Origin: Myxococcota bacterium | Lineage (GTDB): Bacteria; Myxococcota_A; UBA9160; UBA6930 | NCBI GenBank assembly: GCA_965223415.1 | Contig: OZ245002.1 | Span: forward strand, 4,384,001-4,448,000 | Direction of reading: 5' to 3' | DNA: 64,000 bases | Translations under genes and position numbers: made by a program | Notes under the pieces: model-generated | What the model saw: the letters and a program-made list of their open reading frames with translations, nothing else | Databases searched by the model: none | What the model was told of the DNA's origin: nothing | Shown: positions 62,744 through 64,000 of the stretch, in pieces | Position numbering within the stretch: the stretch's first letter is position 1 | How the letters are laid out: every line of letters begins with the position of its first letter

Positions 62744-63861
62744 GCGGGCTCTGCATCTCGGCGGACAGCCACATCACGGAGCCGGCGGGAACCTACGTCG
62801 ACTTCATCGACGCGAAGTACCGGGCTCGGGCGCCGCAGCTCCGCTACCACGAGAAGCTCGGCGACGCGTTCTTCGTCGAGGGGCTCGACAAGCCCGTGCC
62901 GATGGGGCTCGTGGCGGCGGCGGGGAAGCCACCGGAGGAGATTCGGGTCACCGGCGTGCGCTTCGAGGAGATGCACCCCGGCGGCTGGGACGCGGACGCG
63001 CGGATGGCGGAGCAGGACCGCGACGGGGTGGCGGCGGAAGTCATCTATCCCACCGTCGGCATGGTCCTCTGCAACCACCCGGACTTCGACTACAAGAAGG
63101 CGTGCTTCGAGGCCTACAACCGCTGGCTCGCCGCCTACTGCGAGAAGCACCCGGCCCGGCTGATCGGGCTCGGCCAGGTCTCGATGCGATCCCCGGAGGA
63201 CGGCGTGGCGGAGCTCGAGGCCGTGGCGGCGCTGCGCCTGCGGGGCGTGATGATGCCCGGCGACCCGGCGGTCGAGGACTACGACTCCCCGGTCTACGAC
63301 CCGTTCTGGGACAAGTGCGTGGAGCTGGGGCTGCCCCCGTCGTTCCACATCCTGACCGACCGCAACTACGCGTTCCGCGCCAAGCCGCGCGGTCCGGCGA
63401 TGAACGGCTTCCTCTCCATCGTGCGGGGCTGCCAGGACGTGATGGGCACGCTCGTGCTGGGCGGCGTGTTCGAGCGGCACCCGGAGCTCCGGGTGGTGTG
63501 CGCAGAGGCCGACGCCGGATGGATTCCCCACTACATGTACCGGATGGATCACGCCTACAAGCGCCATCGCTACTGGCTGCCCGCGGGTCAGAAGCTCTCC
63601 AAGCTGCCGAGCGAGTACTTCGGCGAGAACATCTACGCGACCTTCCAGGACGACTGGGTCGCCTTCAAGGTCGCGCACCTGATGAACTGGCGGCGGCTCC
63701 TGTGGGCGAACGATTTCCCCCACAGCGATTCCACCTGGCCCTGGAGCCAGGACATGCTGGCCGAGCACACCACCCACCTCACCGACGAGCAGCGCAGAGG
63801 CATTCTCGCCGCCAACGTCGCCGAGCTCTATCGCATCGACACCGATTCCCTAACAACTTGA
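62740..63861 (+). CDS. amidohydrolase family protein (Amidohydro_2)
   Basis: SADSHITEP, AYNRWL, GGVFERHPELR, DFPHSDSTWP. Confidence 0.9.
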   Translation: MSGLCISADSHITEPAGTYVDFIDAKYRARAPQLRYHEKLGDAFFVEGLDKPVPMGLVAAAGKPPEEIRVTGVRFEEMHPGGWDADARMAEQDRDGVAAEVIYPTVGMVLCNHPDFDYKKACFEAYNRWLAAYCEKHPARLIGLGQVSMRSPEDGVAELEAVAALRLRGVMMPGDPAVEDYDSPVYDPFWDKCVELGLPPSFHILTDRNYAFRAKPRGPAMNGFLSIVRGCQDVMGTLVLGGVFERHPELRVVCAEADAGWIPHYMYRMDHAYKRHRYWLPAGQKLSKLPSEYFGENIYATFQDDWVAFKVAHLMNWRRLLWANDFPHSDSTWPWSQDMLAEHTTHLTDEQRRGILAANVAELYRIDTDSLTT

Positions 63862-63877
63862 CAAACGGAACCGGCCC

Positions 63878-64000
63878 CTAACTTGACAGCTCGGATTGGA
63901 TGGCGGCTTCGAGGGCGGCGGGGTCGAAGCCGAACGGGCCGGGGGCGCCCTGGTAGACGATGCGGGCGCCGCGGCCTACGAGGTAGAGGCGGTCGGGGAG
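63878..64000 (-). CDS. C-terminal fragment of a bacterial iodothyronine deiodinase-like thioredoxin-fold protein
   Basis: Own translation of the minus strand: LPDRLYLVGRGARIVYQGAPGPFGFDPAALEAAIQSELSS*. Confidence 0.6.
   Translation of the reverse strand, partial: LPDRLYLVGRGARIVYQGAPGPFGFDPAALEAAIQSELSS

Noticed and set aside
47474..64000. tRNA-anchored genomic island
   Set aside because: No integrase and no duplicated tRNA 3' end found within the window

Overview
High-GC bacterial chromosomal window. The gene content (sigma-54 regulation, PEP-CTERM, DUF1302, TonB/ExbBD, Gld-like ABC transporter) suggests a Gram-negative, Myxococcota/deltaproteobacterium-like organism; this is inference. 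In order it contains: a surface-glycosylation operon (0-5.2 kb); a divergent cluster of RNA-enzyme-like genes with degenerate active sites plus a small protein resembling the SaPI phage-packaging inhibitor Ppi (5.2-9.3 kb); a PEP-CTERM/TPR-beta-barrel/FecR-like operon (9.4-12.8 kb); typA and pcm; a giant Cys-rich DUF1302 protein with a sigma-54 promoter; a decaying catabolic accessory region (21.8-30.5 kb) with a complete IS21 element (7-bp target duplication) inside an extradiol dioxygenase gene; a candidate envelope motor locus (ExbB/ExbD, TonB-like protein, ~42-repeat DxDxDG protein, LysM lipoprotein, sigma-54 activator, no TonB-dependent receptor) next to a GldAFG-like ABC transporter; aroA, serA-purA and tRNA-Lys(UUU); and a long run of accessory metabolic genes including a methyltransferase-glycosyltransferase-radical SAM cassette. 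A 32-bp REP-like repeat recurs, and several genes carry internal deletions. All family calls come from motifs read by eye or recalled from memory; no searches were run.
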